The notes: generated from the sequence alone by a model not told the origin. A DNA stretch of 64,000 bases from Candidatus Zhuqueibacterota bacterium (GCA_049322915.1 JBMOPW010000012.1:65888-129887); one strand, 5' to 3'; shown: positions 7,979 to 18,394, counted from the stretch's first letter. A program made the numbers and translations.

Positions 7979-9991
7979 ATGACTGTTATCTCTAAGAAAA
8001 GCATCTTCTCCGGCATCATGGTACTGTTGCCGTTTCTGTTTCTTTTCCTATTCGAAATCAGTCTCAGGGTTTTTCGCTACGGTGATGATTTAAACCTCGT
8101 CCTTGTCAGGGAGGCGAACGGCGAAAAATTTTACCAGCTCAACGAAAATGTCGCCAAACGATATTTCATCCGGACGCCGGCCCACCTCATTCCCCAGCTC
8201 TATCCGCAAAAATTCGAGTATAACAAATCACCGCGCACCGTGCGAATTTTCTTGCTGGGCGGATCGACCATGGCAGGCTTCCCGTTCGAGCTCAATGCCC
8301 GAATCAACAGCCTGCTGCGCGATCGCTTGTTTCATTTTTACCCGGGCAAAGAATTCGAGGTGATCAATGTTGGATTGTCGGCGATCAACAGTTACACAGT
8401 GATGGAATTTGTCGATGAACTGGTGAAGTATGAACCGGACCTGTTCATTTTCTATCTGGGGCACAATGAATTTTACGGCGCGTTTGGCGCTGGCTCTGTG
8501 GAAAGGCTTGGCAAAATCCCGGCAATCACCCGCACCTATCTGAACCTGCGCAAGCTGAGGACATTTCACCTGCTCAGGAATATCTACGCAGCCATTTCAG
8601 CGTCAACCAGGAGCGCGCCGGACCAGCCCTCAAATCGGACATTGATGGCGTCCATGGCCGACAAAAAATCTATCGCTTTTGGCAGCAGCGATTACCGGCT
8701 GGCTCACGCCAATTTTGAGAAAAACATGTCGCGCATCTTTGCCACCTGCCAATCGAATGACGTGCCCGTCCTGATGAGCACCATTACCAGCAATCTCCGC
8801 GGACAGCCGCCGTTCATTTCCCTGTTCAGCGATTCGCTCTCCGAGGCATCCAAAGCCCGCTGGAACACGTTTTTCAGATACGGAGGGACGTATAAAAAAG
8901 AAGGCCGATGGGTCCTGGCGCTTTCATCATTCGAAGACGCAAAAGCCATCGACGCCATGCCGGCGCAGCTTCATTTTGAAATGGGCGAATGCGTTCTCGG
9001 GTTGGGCGATAGTGCAACAGTCAGAGAGTATTTCGTCCGCGCGCGGGATCTGGATGGGCTCCGTTTTCGCGCCTCCTCGGATATCAATGCCATCATCAGA
9101 AAGCTATGCACGCAGCGCAAAATTCCTCTCGTGGACACGGATGCTGCTTTTGCCGGCCAATCGCCGCGCGGCATCATCGGCAATGAGCTGATTAGCGAGC
9201 ATTTGCATCCCAATTTCAACGGCTATTTTCTGATGGCAAAAACATTGGCTCAGGCGATTGATGAATTCAATTTCTTCGGGACGCAGGCTCAAAACCTGCA
9301 TCTCACCGATGATTTTTTTGCGGACTATTCGCGGGTCACGCTGATTGACAGGGCTATTGGGGACAAGAAGATCGAGCAACTCACCTCCGGATGGCCGTAT
9401 TCAAAAAAGGTGACAGCGACGATTCCAGCCGATCCGCAGACAGCAACGATGGTGGAACTGCTTGTGTCACAATACTCCAGTCAGCAGATTTCGTGGAATG
9501 AAGCCCATAACCGTCTGGCCGGATACTATGGGGATCGAGGCATGTTTCCGCAGGCTGTGAATGAATATCAGGCCGTTATCAAGGTTGTGCCGGAGAATTA
9601 CTTCCCGTATTTCAAAATTGGCAATCTGTTTTTCATTCAGAATCAACACGACCTGGCGGAGCAATGGTTCAATCTTGCGTTCAAATTGAACAGTGGAGGA
9701 GCGTTCATCCCGGCGAAATTGGGCATGGTGTATCTGATGAAAAAAGATTATGCCAGCGCCGTCTCGAACTTTCAACAGGCGCTGTCACTGGACAAAAAGC
9801 AGAATCAGCTTTCCAACGATGAAAAAATTTTAGCCCATTATTATCTGGCTGTGAGTTACGTGAGCACGAAGCAACCGGCCCTGGCCAAAGCCGAACTGGA
9901 ACAGGTGCTTCGCCTGGATCCCAGCCACGCCAATGCCCGGCAGTTATCCGGTTTGTTAGCCCAAAATAAAGAAATAAAAATCCAATTTTAA
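7979..9991 (+). CDS. Membrane-anchored SGNH/GDSL hydrolase-domain protein with TPR repeats
   Basis: N-terminal TM; block I LGGST, block III YLGHNE, block V EHLHPN; C-terminal TPRs. Confidence 0.85.
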   Translation: MTVISKKSIFSGIMVLLPFLFLFLFEISLRVFRYGDDLNLVLVREANGEKFYQLNENVAKRYFIRTPAHLIPQLYPQKFEYNKSPRTVRIFLLGGSTMAGFPFELNARINSLLRDRLFHFYPGKEFEVINVGLSAINSYTVMEFVDELVKYEPDLFIFYLGHNEFYGAFGAGSVERLGKIPAITRTYLNLRKLRTFHLLRNIYAAISASTRSAPDQPSNRTLMASMADKKSIAFGSSDYRLAHANFEKNMSRIFATCQSNDVPVLMSTITSNLRGQPPFISLFSDSLSEASKARWNTFFRYGGTYKKEGRWVLALSSFEDAKAIDAMPAQLHFEMGECVLGLGDSATVREYFVRARDLDGLRFRASSDINAIIRKLCTQRKIPLVDTDAAFAGQSPRGIIGNELISEHLHPNFNGYFLMAKTLAQAIDEFNFFGTQAQNLHLTDDFFADYSRVTLIDRAIGDKKIEQLTSGWPYSKKVTATIPADPQTATMVELLVSQYSSQQISWNEAHNRLAGYYGDRGMFPQAVNEYQAVIKVVPENYFPYFKIGNLFFIQNQHDLAEQWFNLAFKLNSGGAFIPAKLGMVYLMKKDYASAVSNFQQALSLDKKQNQLSNDEKILAHYYLAVSYVSTKQPALAKAELEQVLRLDPSHANARQLSGLLAQNKEIKIQF

Positions 9992-10280
9992 AGCCCGGGT
10001 CTCAGTTCTCAAATCGATTCTTTGAAAGAACATAACCTGAACACGCCATGACTAAAATGAGATAGAACGCTGATTACGCGGATGATCCTCCAAAAAGATC
10101 GGTAGACGTTCCGCGCTGATCTTCACGGATTCTTAATCAGTGTAAATGCACCGAAGGACGCATCTGCCTCTGGCATGATCTATGCGGATCGTCCGCCATT
10201 TTTTAAGTCGATCATCATCGTCATCAGTTTTCTATAATATAATCTGCCAAAAAAAGTTTGAAAATTATTTGTCAGGTACT

Positions 10281-11228
10281 ATGGACATAAAAAAAATCTT
10301 TTTCCACTTCCGAAAATTGGCCTCTGTGCTCAGTCTCCTTCTCATCATGATCGTTCTGACCATTCTCTCGCCGCATTTTTTGACCACGGATAACTTTCTG
10401 TCCATTGGGCTGCAAATGGCGGTGATCGCCATTATGTCCATCGGCCAGGTGTGGATTATCATCGCCGGCGGCATCGATTTATCGGTCGGATCGATCATGG
10501 CCATTTCCGGCGTGGTGACCACGTTGCTCATCGCGGACGGCATCGACCTGTTTCTCGCATCGGCTGTGGGCATTCTGGTCGGTGCGCTGTGCGGTTTCAT
10601 CAATGGATTTCTGACCGCGGTTGGCAAGCTGCCGCCATTCATTTCCACGCTGGGCATGATGGGGATTGCCCGCGGATTGGCGCTCATCATCACAAAGGGT
10701 GTGCCGGTCTTCGGCCTGCCGCCGGAGTTCTCTCTGATCGGCAACGGCCGATTTGCCGGCCTCTTCCCCATTCCGGTGCTAATCACCCTCGTGCTCGCCG
10801 TCATCGGGCACATTGTCTTGTCGAAAACACCGTTCGGCCGTTACACCTACGCCATCGGCAGCAATTTTGAGGCGGCGCGGCTGGCCGGCATACGAACCAC
10901 GCCAATGGTCATTTATATTTATCTGCTGGCTGGATTTCTGTACGGATTGGGCGGCATCATTCTGGCGTCGCGGCTGAGTACGGGACAGCCCACTTCCGGC
11001 ATGGGCTACGAACTCGATGTCATTGCAGCCTGCGTCATCGGCGGCGCCAGCCTGAGCGGCGGCAGTGGCACAATCTGGGGCGCTATTCTGGGCGCTCTGC
11101 TCATTGGCGTTCTGCGCAATGGCTCCAATTTGCTCGACATCTCCGCGTTCTGGCAGCAGGTGGCCATTGGAACGATCATCGTCTTTGCCGTATTCATTGA
11201 CCAGCATCAAAAAGCAAAAAAGTCCTGA
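10281..11228 (+). CDS. Monosaccharide ABC transporter permease (RbsC-like)
   Basis: GGIDLSVGS, LPPFISTLG, FGRYTYAIGSN, YELDVIAACVIGGASL; start moved to MDIKK. Confidence 0.93.
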   Translation: MDIKKIFFHFRKLASVLSLLLIMIVLTILSPHFLTTDNFLSIGLQMAVIAIMSIGQVWIIIAGGIDLSVGSIMAISGVVTTLLIADGIDLFLASAVGILVGALCGFINGFLTAVGKLPPFISTLGMMGIARGLALIITKGVPVFGLPPEFSLIGNGRFAGLFPIPVLITLVLAVIGHIVLSKTPFGRYTYAIGSNFEAARLAGIRTTPMVIYIYLLAGFLYGLGGIILASRLSTGQPTSGMGYELDVIAACVIGGASLSGGSGTIWGAILGALLIGVLRNGSNLLDISAFWQQVAIGTIIVFAVFIDQHQKAKKS

Positions 11229-11381
11229 TGGCCTAGCTGGGAGCGCCTGATCCTTTGATGGCCAGGTTCGTTGATTTCGCTGAGTGAGGCGCTGGATCCG
11301 CGCTGCTCACTGAATCTTTCAAATAATTAAACGGGATAAAAACTCAGTCAGGAAACTGACCTTTGTGAAGGAGGTATTTCT

Positions 11382-12332
11382 ATGAAACGTCGGCTGCTTG
11401 TAATTTCCATAATTTTGGGAGCGCTGTTTTTCACCCACTGCTCCACCGATTCTCAAAAGGCGACCACCCGAAAAATTCTCGTCTCGCCCAAAGGCCTGGT
11501 GCATTCATTCTGGACAACGGTGAAGGCGGGCGCAGATTCTGCGGGAAAAGAATTCGGCGCTGACGTGATCTGGAAGGGCCCCACTCAGGAGACCGACATC
11601 GCCAGCCAGATCGCCATTGTCGAAGATTATATCAACAAAGGGATCGACGCCATTGTCCTTGCCGCCTGCGACGCCCAGGGTCTGATCCCTGTCATTCAAC
11701 AGGCAGCGGAGAAAAATATACCGATCATCACCATCGACTCCGGAGTCGATTCCGATATCCCGAAGAGCTTCATCGCCACGGACAATAGTGTCGCTGCTCA
11801 AAAGGGCGCACAGGCATTGGCCAGACTGATTGGCGAACAGGGCAAAGTTGCCTGTATTCCGTTTGTGCCTGGCGCTGCTACATCCAACTGGCGCGAACAG
11901 GGATTTGTCGAAGAGATCAAAAAATATCCGAACATTGAACTGCTTCCCATCCGTTACTCGCAGAGCGAAGTGGCCGTTGGCATGGCAGTGACGGAAGATA
12001 TTTTAACCGGCCACCCGGACATCAAGGGAATTTTCGCCGCCAATGAAGCCGGGACAATCGGCGTCGTTCAGGCGCTGAAGACAAAAAATAAATTGGGCCA
12101 GGTGAAGGTCGTTGGATTCGACGCTGCACCCAACGAAGTGGAAGCCCTGACCTCCGGCTCCCTGGATGCGCTCATTGTTCAGGATCCGTTCAAGATGGGG
12201 TACGAAGGCGTGAAAAGCGCTGTGGCTGTTCTGAACGGTCAGCACATTCCAGAGAGAATAGACACCGGCGTTTATGTAGTGACCCGGGATAATTTGAATC
12301 AGCCGGAAATAGTCCGGCTCCTTTCCAAATAA
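11382..12332 (+). CDS. Monosaccharide ABC transporter substrate-binding lipoprotein (RbsB-like)
   Basis: Lipobox-like FTHC; FIATDN, VVGFD, QDPFKMGY; AGGAGG RBS. Confidence 0.92.
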   Translation: MKRRLLVISIILGALFFTHCSTDSQKATTRKILVSPKGLVHSFWTTVKAGADSAGKEFGADVIWKGPTQETDIASQIAIVEDYINKGIDAIVLAACDAQGLIPVIQQAAEKNIPIITIDSGVDSDIPKSFIATDNSVAAQKGAQALARLIGEQGKVACIPFVPGAATSNWREQGFVEEIKKYPNIELLPIRYSQSEVAVGMAVTEDILTGHPDIKGIFAANEAGTIGVVQALKTKNKLGQVKVVGFDAAPNEVEALTSGSLDALIVQDPFKMGYEGVKSAVAVLNGQHIPERIDTGVYVVTRDNLNQPEIVRLLSK

Positions 12333-12531
12333 GGTGATGCGTTTTGAGACGTCCGGCAAATCGTGTCGATTGCGGAGACACTTTAATCCGCTGGAATGAA
12401 TCGGCAGCGGCTCGGTATGGGAAAACACGATCCTTGCGGCTTGAATCCGTCTCTTTCCCACGGGAAGACGGGCTCATGCATTCCTTTATTTGCAATGGAC
12501 GTACGCTTTTCTGAGACCGGCCAAAAACAGC

Positions 12532-12560
12532 TTGACAATTGGTAATTTATATAGTATATT
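12532..12560 (+). promoter_or_regulatory. sigma70-type promoter for DksA/TraR gene
   Basis: TTGACA-N17-TATATT. Confidence 0.7.
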
Positions 12561-12630
12561 TATGTCACTTTTCAGAACACCTGCGCTCAGAATCGGAGGG
12601 AACGCTTCGTAATAACTACGAGAGTGGAAG

Positions 12631-12999
12631 ATGGATAAAAAAGATTTAGAGTATTTTAAACAACTCCTGTTGCAGAAGCGCGAAGAAATCCTCCATGAAT
12701 TAGGTTATTACAAAGAGACAGCGAGCGATACGTCAAAGCAGATTTCCGGCACAGATACAACCTACGCAACGCACATGGCGGATCATGGCACGGACGAGAG
12801 GGAGAGGGAAAAATCATTTTACTATGCTTCCCGGGAAAATAAGTACCTTCTCTACCTGAATGAAGCGCTGCAACGGATTGAAGATGGCACCTATGGCATT
12901 TGCATTTCCTGCCATCAGGAAATCCCGAGAGAACGGTTAGAAGCAGTGCCGCACACTCAACTCTGTGTTCCATGTAAGCTTGCTGACAAAAAAGAATAA
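12631..12999 (+). CDS. TraR/DksA C4-type zinc finger protein
   Basis: Coiled coil with HMAD tip; ALQRIEDGTYGICISC...RLEAVP...LCVPC. Confidence 0.92.
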   Translation: MDKKDLEYFKQLLLQKREEILHELGYYKETASDTSKQISGTDTTYATHMADHGTDEREREKSFYYASRENKYLLYLNEALQRIEDGTYGICISCHQEIPRERLEAVPHTQLCVPCKLADKKE

Positions 13000-13108
13000 C
13001 CTGTCATCGAGTTCCCAATGTAATTCGCTGGCTCCAGCGAATGAAGGTTCCCAATCTTTGTCTTCATTCGTAAAATTGAGCATGACGGTTTGGCATAAAA
13101 AATTTAAT

Positions 13109-13147
13109 CCCCAATCTCCCCTCATCATCGAGATTGGGGTTTTTTTT
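13109..13147 (+). terminator. Intrinsic terminator after DksA gene
   Basis: CCCCAATCTC-N11-GAGATTGGGG then T8. Confidence 0.8.
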
Positions 13148-13188
13148 ACTGAACCAGAGCATTCCTGATGAGCTCGTTCGGATCCTGT

Positions 13189-13288
13189 TCGCGCTGGATA
13201 TCCATCCAGCGCAGGTAATAGCTGGGACGTGTCGTATCCCCGAACAGGCGAATGGTTCTGGAAAAATATCCCGAACGATCAGGTGGCA
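13189..13288. repeat. REP/REPIN-like intergenic repeat, copy 1 of 3
   Basis: TCGCGCTGGATATCCATCCAGCGC...AATATCCCGAACGATC; matches 42651 and 54950. Confidence 0.75.
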
Positions 13289-13409
13289 GTCTTTGTGTTC
13301 CATAAATGACTGCACCATGACGTTTTAATTAAAAAATTCTTTCCACTGGTAATTCCCCTATCTTCAAAATTTTCAATTTTATTAATAGTTACCACTGCGT
13401 TCACTGCAC

Positions 13410-13436
13410 TAAAGTCTCTATAAATCAAGTCGATAT
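13410..13436 (+). promoter_or_regulatory. sigma28 (FliA/SigD)-like promoter upstream of NtrC-family regulator
   Basis: TAAA-N15-GTCGATAT (consensus TAAA-N15-GCCGATAA). Confidence 0.65.
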
Positions 13437-13488
13437 TTTAGGTAAGTTACAAAATTAAAATTCAATTCGACTTTGCATAGAGGAATTC

Positions 13489-14910
13489 ATGGACAATTTC
13501 AATTCGACGAAGGGCAACATCTTAATCATTGACGACGATACCGACATTTCGAACATTTTCAGAATAAATTTCGAACGTCAGGGGCATGTCGTCCATCTGC
13601 TCCAGCGACCGCGGGGATTTTTGGACATCATTCGCGACCGCGATGTGGACACGGTGCTGCTGGATATTATGATGCCGGAATCGAGCGGATTTGAAGTGCT
13701 GAAGCAGATCCGGCTGCAATTTCCTCATGTGCCGGTGATTATGATAACAGCCCTTCAGTCCATCGACCCGGCCGTGGCAGCGATGAAATTGGGCGCTTAT
13801 GATTACATTTTAAAACCCGAGGGTATTTCAGATTTTGACCATCTGAATTTGATCATTCGAAATAGCATTGCCATTTGCCAGTCTGTGAAGGAATTGAATT
13901 CACTGCGAGAGAACATCACGAAAAAGTACCGGTTCGAGAATATTATTGGCACAAGCGAGCACATGAAAAATATTTTCGAGCAGATCAAGAAAGTCGCTGA
14001 TAGCAATATTAACGTGCTCATTTACGGGGAGAGCGGCACAGGCAAAGAGCTCGTGGCCCGCGCCATTCATTACAACAGCGGCCGCAGAGAGGCCCCATTT
14101 GCGGATATGAACTGCGCAGCCGTGCCTGAAAATTTGATCGAAAGCGAACTGTTCGGGCACGAAAAAGGCGCATTCACAGGGGCGCATATTCGGAAGATCG
14201 GTAAATTCGAACACGCCCATACCGGCACCCTGTTTCTGGATGAAATCGGCGACATGCCCCTGACCACCCAGGCCAAGATTCTGCGGGTCACTCAGGAATT
14301 GGCGTTTGAGCGACTCGGCGGCCGCGAAAAAATTAAGGTCGACGTCAGGATCCTTTCGGCGACGAATAAAAATTTGCAGGACGAGGTGAAGGAAAAAAAA
14401 TTCAGGGAAGACCTGTACTATCGGCTATCCGCCTTCCCCATTTATTTGCCGCCTCTCCGCGAACGAGTGGAAGATATTCCGGCGTTGGCGTCCCACTTCA
14501 TCCTCAAATTCGCAAAAGAGATGAACAAGCAGATCGAGGAACCGACGGCTGAGACGCTGCTGGCGCTGAAAACCTACTACTGGCCGGGCAATATCCGCGA
14601 ACTGGAAAATGTCATTCAGCGCGCCGTGGTGCTGGCGGACCGATACGATAAAAAATTGAATCAGGAATACCTGCCATTGGAAATTCAAAAGACATTAATG
14701 GAAACCGATTTCTATGAAAAGCACAATGGACTGTCTTCGCTCACCATTCGCTCGGATAAGATACTGTCGTTCGAAGAAATCGAAAAGCGGGTACTGACTG
14801 AGGCGTTGATGTTCACCAACGGCAATGTCTCACAGGCTGCCGAGGAGTTGAAGATTGGCCGTGCCACCATCTATCGGAAGATTGAGAAATATGGATTAAA
14901 ACATAAATAG
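13489..14910 (+). CDS. sigma54-dependent response regulator (NtrC/AtoC/PilR family)
   Basis: REC domain (IIDDD, LDIMMP), [31 protein letters not shown], Fis-type HTH. Confidence 0.96.
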   Translation: MDNFNSTKGNILIIDDDTDISNIFRINFERQGHVVHLLQRPRGFLDIIRDRDVDTVLLDIMMPESSGFEVLKQIRLQFPHVPVIMITALQSIDPAVAAMKLGAYDYILKPEGISDFDHLNLIIRNSIAICQSVKELNSLRENITKKYRFENIIGTSEHMKNIFEQIKKVADSNINVLIYGESGTGKELVARAIHYNSGRREAPFADMNCAAVPENLIESELFGHEKGAFTGAHIRKIGKFEHAHTGTLFLDEIGDMPLTTQAKILRVTQELAFERLGGREKIKVDVRILSATNKNLQDEVKEKKFREDLYYRLSAFPIYLPPLRERVEDIPALASHFILKFAKEMNKQIEEPTAETLLALKTYYWPGNIRELENVIQRAVVLADRYDKKLNQEYLPLEIQKTLMETDFYEKHNGLSSLTIRSDKILSFEEIEKRVLTEALMFTNGNVSQAAEELKIGRATIYRKIEKYGLKHK

Positions 14911-14999
14911 TCAAAACTCATGCATTCAATTATTTGAACAGGAAAAATCGATGAAAAAACTGAGACTTACAAACAGACTTATTTACGGAGGAACCTGAT

Positions 15000-15182
15000 A
15001 TGAATCCATTGCCTATTTGTTGCTATTGTCAAAAACAAATCACAGGCAAAGCATTTATTCCTGTCAATAGCGCACAACCGTATCACTGGAAATGCTACAT
15101 TAGCAAAATTAAAAAAAATGAAGAGTATGAAACTGAAATTGTCGAAGAGTACGAGGTAGAAAAAGTAGAAATGATCGAATAG
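15000..15182 (+). CDS. Small putative zinc-finger protein (CxxC-x18-HxxC) with acidic tail
   Basis: GGAGG RBS; followed by a terminator; LIM-like ligand spacing. Confidence 0.65.
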   Translation: MNPLPICCYCQKQITGKAFIPVNSAQPYHWKCYISKIKKNEEYETEIVEEYEVEKVEMIE

Positions 15183-15202
15183 ATAACAGTTCATCGCACG
15201 GT

Positions 15203-15239
15203 AAAAACCTCTGGAATTTTCCAGAGGTTTTTCTTTTTT
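15203..15239 (+). terminator. Intrinsic terminator
   Basis: AAAAACCTCTGGAA-TT-TTCCAGAGGTTTTT plus T-run. Confidence 0.85.
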
Positions 15240-15427
15240 GTAGCGGTTCAAATTTCACTTTGAAATCAGTGAATCGGCCGCACTCGATGGTTTTTGTTTT
15301 CAGGCCAGCAATGGTCGCCGAAAAGAAGAGCCACTCCAGCACCCTCCAGTTTACTCATAGGAAAGGCTGTTTCTGCAGGCCGAATTGGTCACCGCAGGCT
15401 CCTTATACCCGACCGGTCTGTCAAAGC

Positions 15428-15498
15428 AAAAAAAAAAGCAGCCTTAAATCATAATGGGAAGAAAGGAGGTAAAACCCAAAAGAATTAAGGCTGCTAAA
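15428..15498 (-). ncRNA. Candidate sRNA or terminator hairpin with anti-SD loop
   Basis: 11-bp stem AGCAGCCTTAA/TTAAGGCTGCT, U10 tail on the minus strand, loop contains ACCUCCUUUCU. Confidence 0.45.
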
Positions 15499-15729
15499 AT
15501 TCGACTCAATTTGTTCTATTCAATGTAACAATTGTTGTCTGAAAAACTTGCTCTTTTTTTACTATCAGAACAAGGTGTCAACTTCGTTTTAATTTTCGGG
15601 ATATTGTACTTTGAAAAAAAAGAGAAGTTCCCAAATTTCCCGGCATTATAAATTTTTTTTTGGCCAGTTTAATTTATTGATTTTTTGTTAATTGATCAGG
15701 CCGATAAATTTTGATTCAGTATTTTTTTC

Positions 15730-17064
15730 TCACTTGAATTTTTTCTCCGCCCGCTTTTTTATATCAAAATCCTCCATTAATTTTTCATAGGACCCGATCT
15801 TTGAATCATCGAGAATGATGGGAGTTAAAAATATCGCCAGTTCCGTCTTCTCATTCGATTTGATATCGCTTCGAAATAGATAGCCGAGGAGCGGAATTGA
15901 GCCCAGGATTGGGACTTTGTTCCGCGTGGATGTTTCGGCATTGCGAATGAGTCCGCCGATAACGATGGTGGAGCCATTCTTCACCACGACACTGGTTTTC
16001 GCTTTACGCATGGCGATGATGGGCGTCCCATCCGGCGTGATGCCATTCTGATAGTCCGCATTCGGTTCCAGGTACACGGTGATCGTTTGGTCATTGTTGA
16101 TATGGGGCTTGACTAACAATTTGATTGTGGCGTTTTTGAATTCGTACGAAGTGATACCAAATTCATTCAGCACTTTGTACGGGATTTGATCGCCGACTTC
16201 GATGGTTGCTTCTTCATTGTCCAACGTGATCAGCCGGGGACGGGAGAGCAGATTCATTTCATAATTCGTCTTCAGCGCGTGAAGTACCACATCCACATGG
16301 GCATTCATGAGCCCAACGCCCAGACCATTCCCCAGCGACAATCCTTCACTGATCGAGTTTTCATTCGCATTTTGGTCTTCTCCACTGCCAGATTGCAGCC
16401 CAAAATCCGTCTTGACCGTCCCTGTGACATTGCCGCTTTTTGGGTCCTTCCAAAACCACTCCACACCGGTTTCCAGATTGTTGTTGAGTGAAATTTCAAC
16501 GATGGCTGCCTGAATATAGACCTGCGGTGTGGGCTGGTCCAGTTTCTCGAGCAACGCTTCGATGTCCCGAATGACCTCGGGGCTGTCCCGAACAATCAGT
16601 GTATTTGTACGTTCATCCGCAAACGCGGAGCCGACCCCCGGCGTGGTAATTTTGGTCAGAAGTTCGACCAGCTTCGTCGCTTCGGCATATTCGAGCCGAA
16701 TGCTTTTTATGGACGTCACTTTCATGATTGTGGCGATCTCGTCAACCAGATACACATTCGTCCCTTCCTGCTGCCGATAGCCCAATTTGTTCGTCTCCAT
16801 AAACAGCGTCACTGCGTCATCGACGGTCACGTTGTCGAGATTGATATTGATTTTGTGATGCGCGATGCCGGCATTTGCCGGCATAAAATTCAAACCGGTC
16901 TTGGCGCTGAGCACTTCCAGCGCCTTGTCCAACTGCGCTCCCCGAAGACTTATGGTCAGTTTCGGCTTCTCTTCAATCGATTCTTGCTGGGCGAATCCTG
17001 CCACGCTGAAAATGTTTATGAATGCAAAACAAATGCACATCCGTGTTGCGCGTTTCAATTTCAT
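15730..17064 (-). CDS. Secretin (PilQ/GspD family)
   Basis: Signal peptide, N domains (DERTNTLIVRD), secretin core QVYIQAAIVE...LSRPRLITLDNEEA...IVIGGL...KVPILGSIPLLGYLF. Confidence 0.94.
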   Translation of the reverse strand: MKLKRATRMCICFAFINIFSVAGFAQQESIEEKPKLTISLRGAQLDKALEVLSAKTGLNFMPANAGIAHHKININLDNVTVDDAVTLFMETNKLGYRQQEGTNVYLVDEIATIMKVTSIKSIRLEYAEATKLVELLTKITTPGVGSAFADERTNTLIVRDSPEVIRDIEALLEKLDQPTPQVYIQAAIVEISLNNNLETGVEWFWKDPKSGNVTGTVKTDFGLQSGSGEDQNANENSISEGLSLGNGLGVGLMNAHVDVVLHALKTNYEMNLLSRPRLITLDNEEATIEVGDQIPYKVLNEFGITSYEFKNATIKLLVKPHINNDQTITVYLEPNADYQNGITPDGTPIIAMRKAKTSVVVKNGSTIVIGGLIRNAETSTRNKVPILGSIPLLGYLFRSDIKSNEKTELAIFLTPIILDDSKIGSYEKLMEDFDIKKRAEKKFK

Positions 17065-17270
17065 GCTGTTCGGTCCTTTTTATTCTGGTTATTTGAAATA
17101 CCGGCAGATAAGTAGAAATGGGAGCGACATCGCGCTAATCCAGCAACCTCTTGGCGTCCCTCCCCCTGTTCAATGCAATCTGGCAATGACTCCCGAAAAG
17201 GATTAGCGCATGCGGGAATAGCGCATCAGCGAGCATTCCACCGGCGCATCGCTGCGGCTGTTTCCTTCTC

Positions 17271-17801
17271 TCACGGCTCCCAGAGAACCAGTTGCCTGCC
17301 GTTCCTGGAAAGCACCACCCGGTCTTTTTTCACGTCGTCCACGCGATAGCCCAGGATTGAATCGCCCTTTCCAACGATTTCCCCGTTGATCAAAGCAGTC
17401 GGCGCGCGCTCGTCCCAGATGATTCCCTGCAACGTCAAGGCCGGCGCCTTCTCTTTTTTCACCTGACTCGAACTGCCGGATGGAGATGATCGGGGCGCAT
17501 CATTTTCAGCTATTTTGAACGGGTCCCGGTGCTCCAGCACATCCGCCATGGTGATTTTCAGCAGCGGTTCATAGTCCCGTAAATCGAGATGCTGCGTCGA
17601 TTTTTTATGGTACCGGGTCAGAATGATTCTCACAGTTTCGTCGCTCAAAATGCCATATTTATTCTTTTCGCCGGAAACGTCCTGTTTATTTTTGGACTTA
17701 TGGGAAAATAAAAAGTCAGGCGAACCCAGGGCGATATACCACACCGCCGCCATGAGAAATGTCAGAACGCCCAATGTGATTTGCTTCTTTTTGTCGCTCA
17801 T
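17271..17801 (-). CDS. PilP/GspC-like type IV filament alignment protein
   Basis: N-terminal TM, RDPF motif, LTLQGIIW...ALING; position between PilO-like gene and secretin. Confidence 0.7.
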   Translation of the reverse strand: MSDKKKQITLGVLTFLMAAVWYIALGSPDFLFSHKSKNKQDVSGEKNKYGILSDETVRIILTRYHKKSTQHLDLRDYEPLLKITMADVLEHRDPFKIAENDAPRSSPSGSSSQVKKEKAPALTLQGIIWDERAPTALINGEIVGKGDSILGYRVDDVKKDRVVLSRNGRQLVLWEP

Positions 17802-17811
17802 GGTCCGCGGT

Positions 17812-18390
17812 TCATTTTTCCGAAATATAAATGAAAATAGCTAAATCCACGATCAGGTTGTTTTTCGTGTCATGGGGGTTGACAATTTTAAAACTATGCA
17901 ACCGGGCCAGATAGCGAAACTCATCCAGCTCCAGCAAAAAATTGACAAGATTATAGAACTGGCCGTTCAATTTCAACTGAAGAAATTGCTTTGTTATATT
18001 GAGCAGTTTCTGGTCTCTGTCCTCCGGATTGGCGAACGAAAGAACGGTCAGGTCATTTTTTCTGGCAAGATTTTGTATCTCTGACCAGACGATTTTTTTT
18101 TCAATCGCCGGCACCAGCCGACTTTCAATGCCCTCCATCCGATAGATCAGGTCTTCCCGCTGAAACGATAATTTCTGAATGAGCTCGTCGAGATCAATGG
18201 CGCGGGTGTCCACATACAGGTCTTCAATCGCCTTTTTCCGCTTTTTCAATTCGCGGGAGTTGTCGATCATCGGTTGCAGCACAGCGAAATTGTAAATGAC
18301 GACCACGGCAATGTACGCCAAAATCCCGAACAGCAGGCGATTCAATTTTAATGAACGCTTCACCTGGCTATATTCAGATTTCCAACCCAT
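17812..18390 (-). CDS. PilO/GspM-like protein
   Basis: Single TM, coiled coil, GQFYNLVNFLLEL; gene order. Confidence 0.75.
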   Translation of the reverse strand: MGWKSEYSQVKRSLKLNRLLFGILAYIAVVVIYNFAVLQPMIDNSRELKKRKKAIEDLYVDTRAIDLDELIQKLSFQREDLIYRMEGIESRLVPAIEKKIVWSEIQNLARKNDLTVLSFANPEDRDQKLLNITKQFLQLKLNGQFYNLVNFLLELDEFRYLARLHSFKIVNPHDTKNNLIVDLAIFIYISEK

Positions 18391-18394
18391 CCTG

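Noticed and set aside
10060..10200. Iterated CTGAT/CGGAT motifs before the rbsC-like gene
   Set aside because: Resembles a degenerate mobile repeat remnant, but no clean inverted repeat or second copy could be defined.
15681..15707. Perfect GCCGATAA box on the plus strand
   Set aside because: No TAAA at 15-nt spacing (reads TTTT), and it points antisense into the secretin gene.
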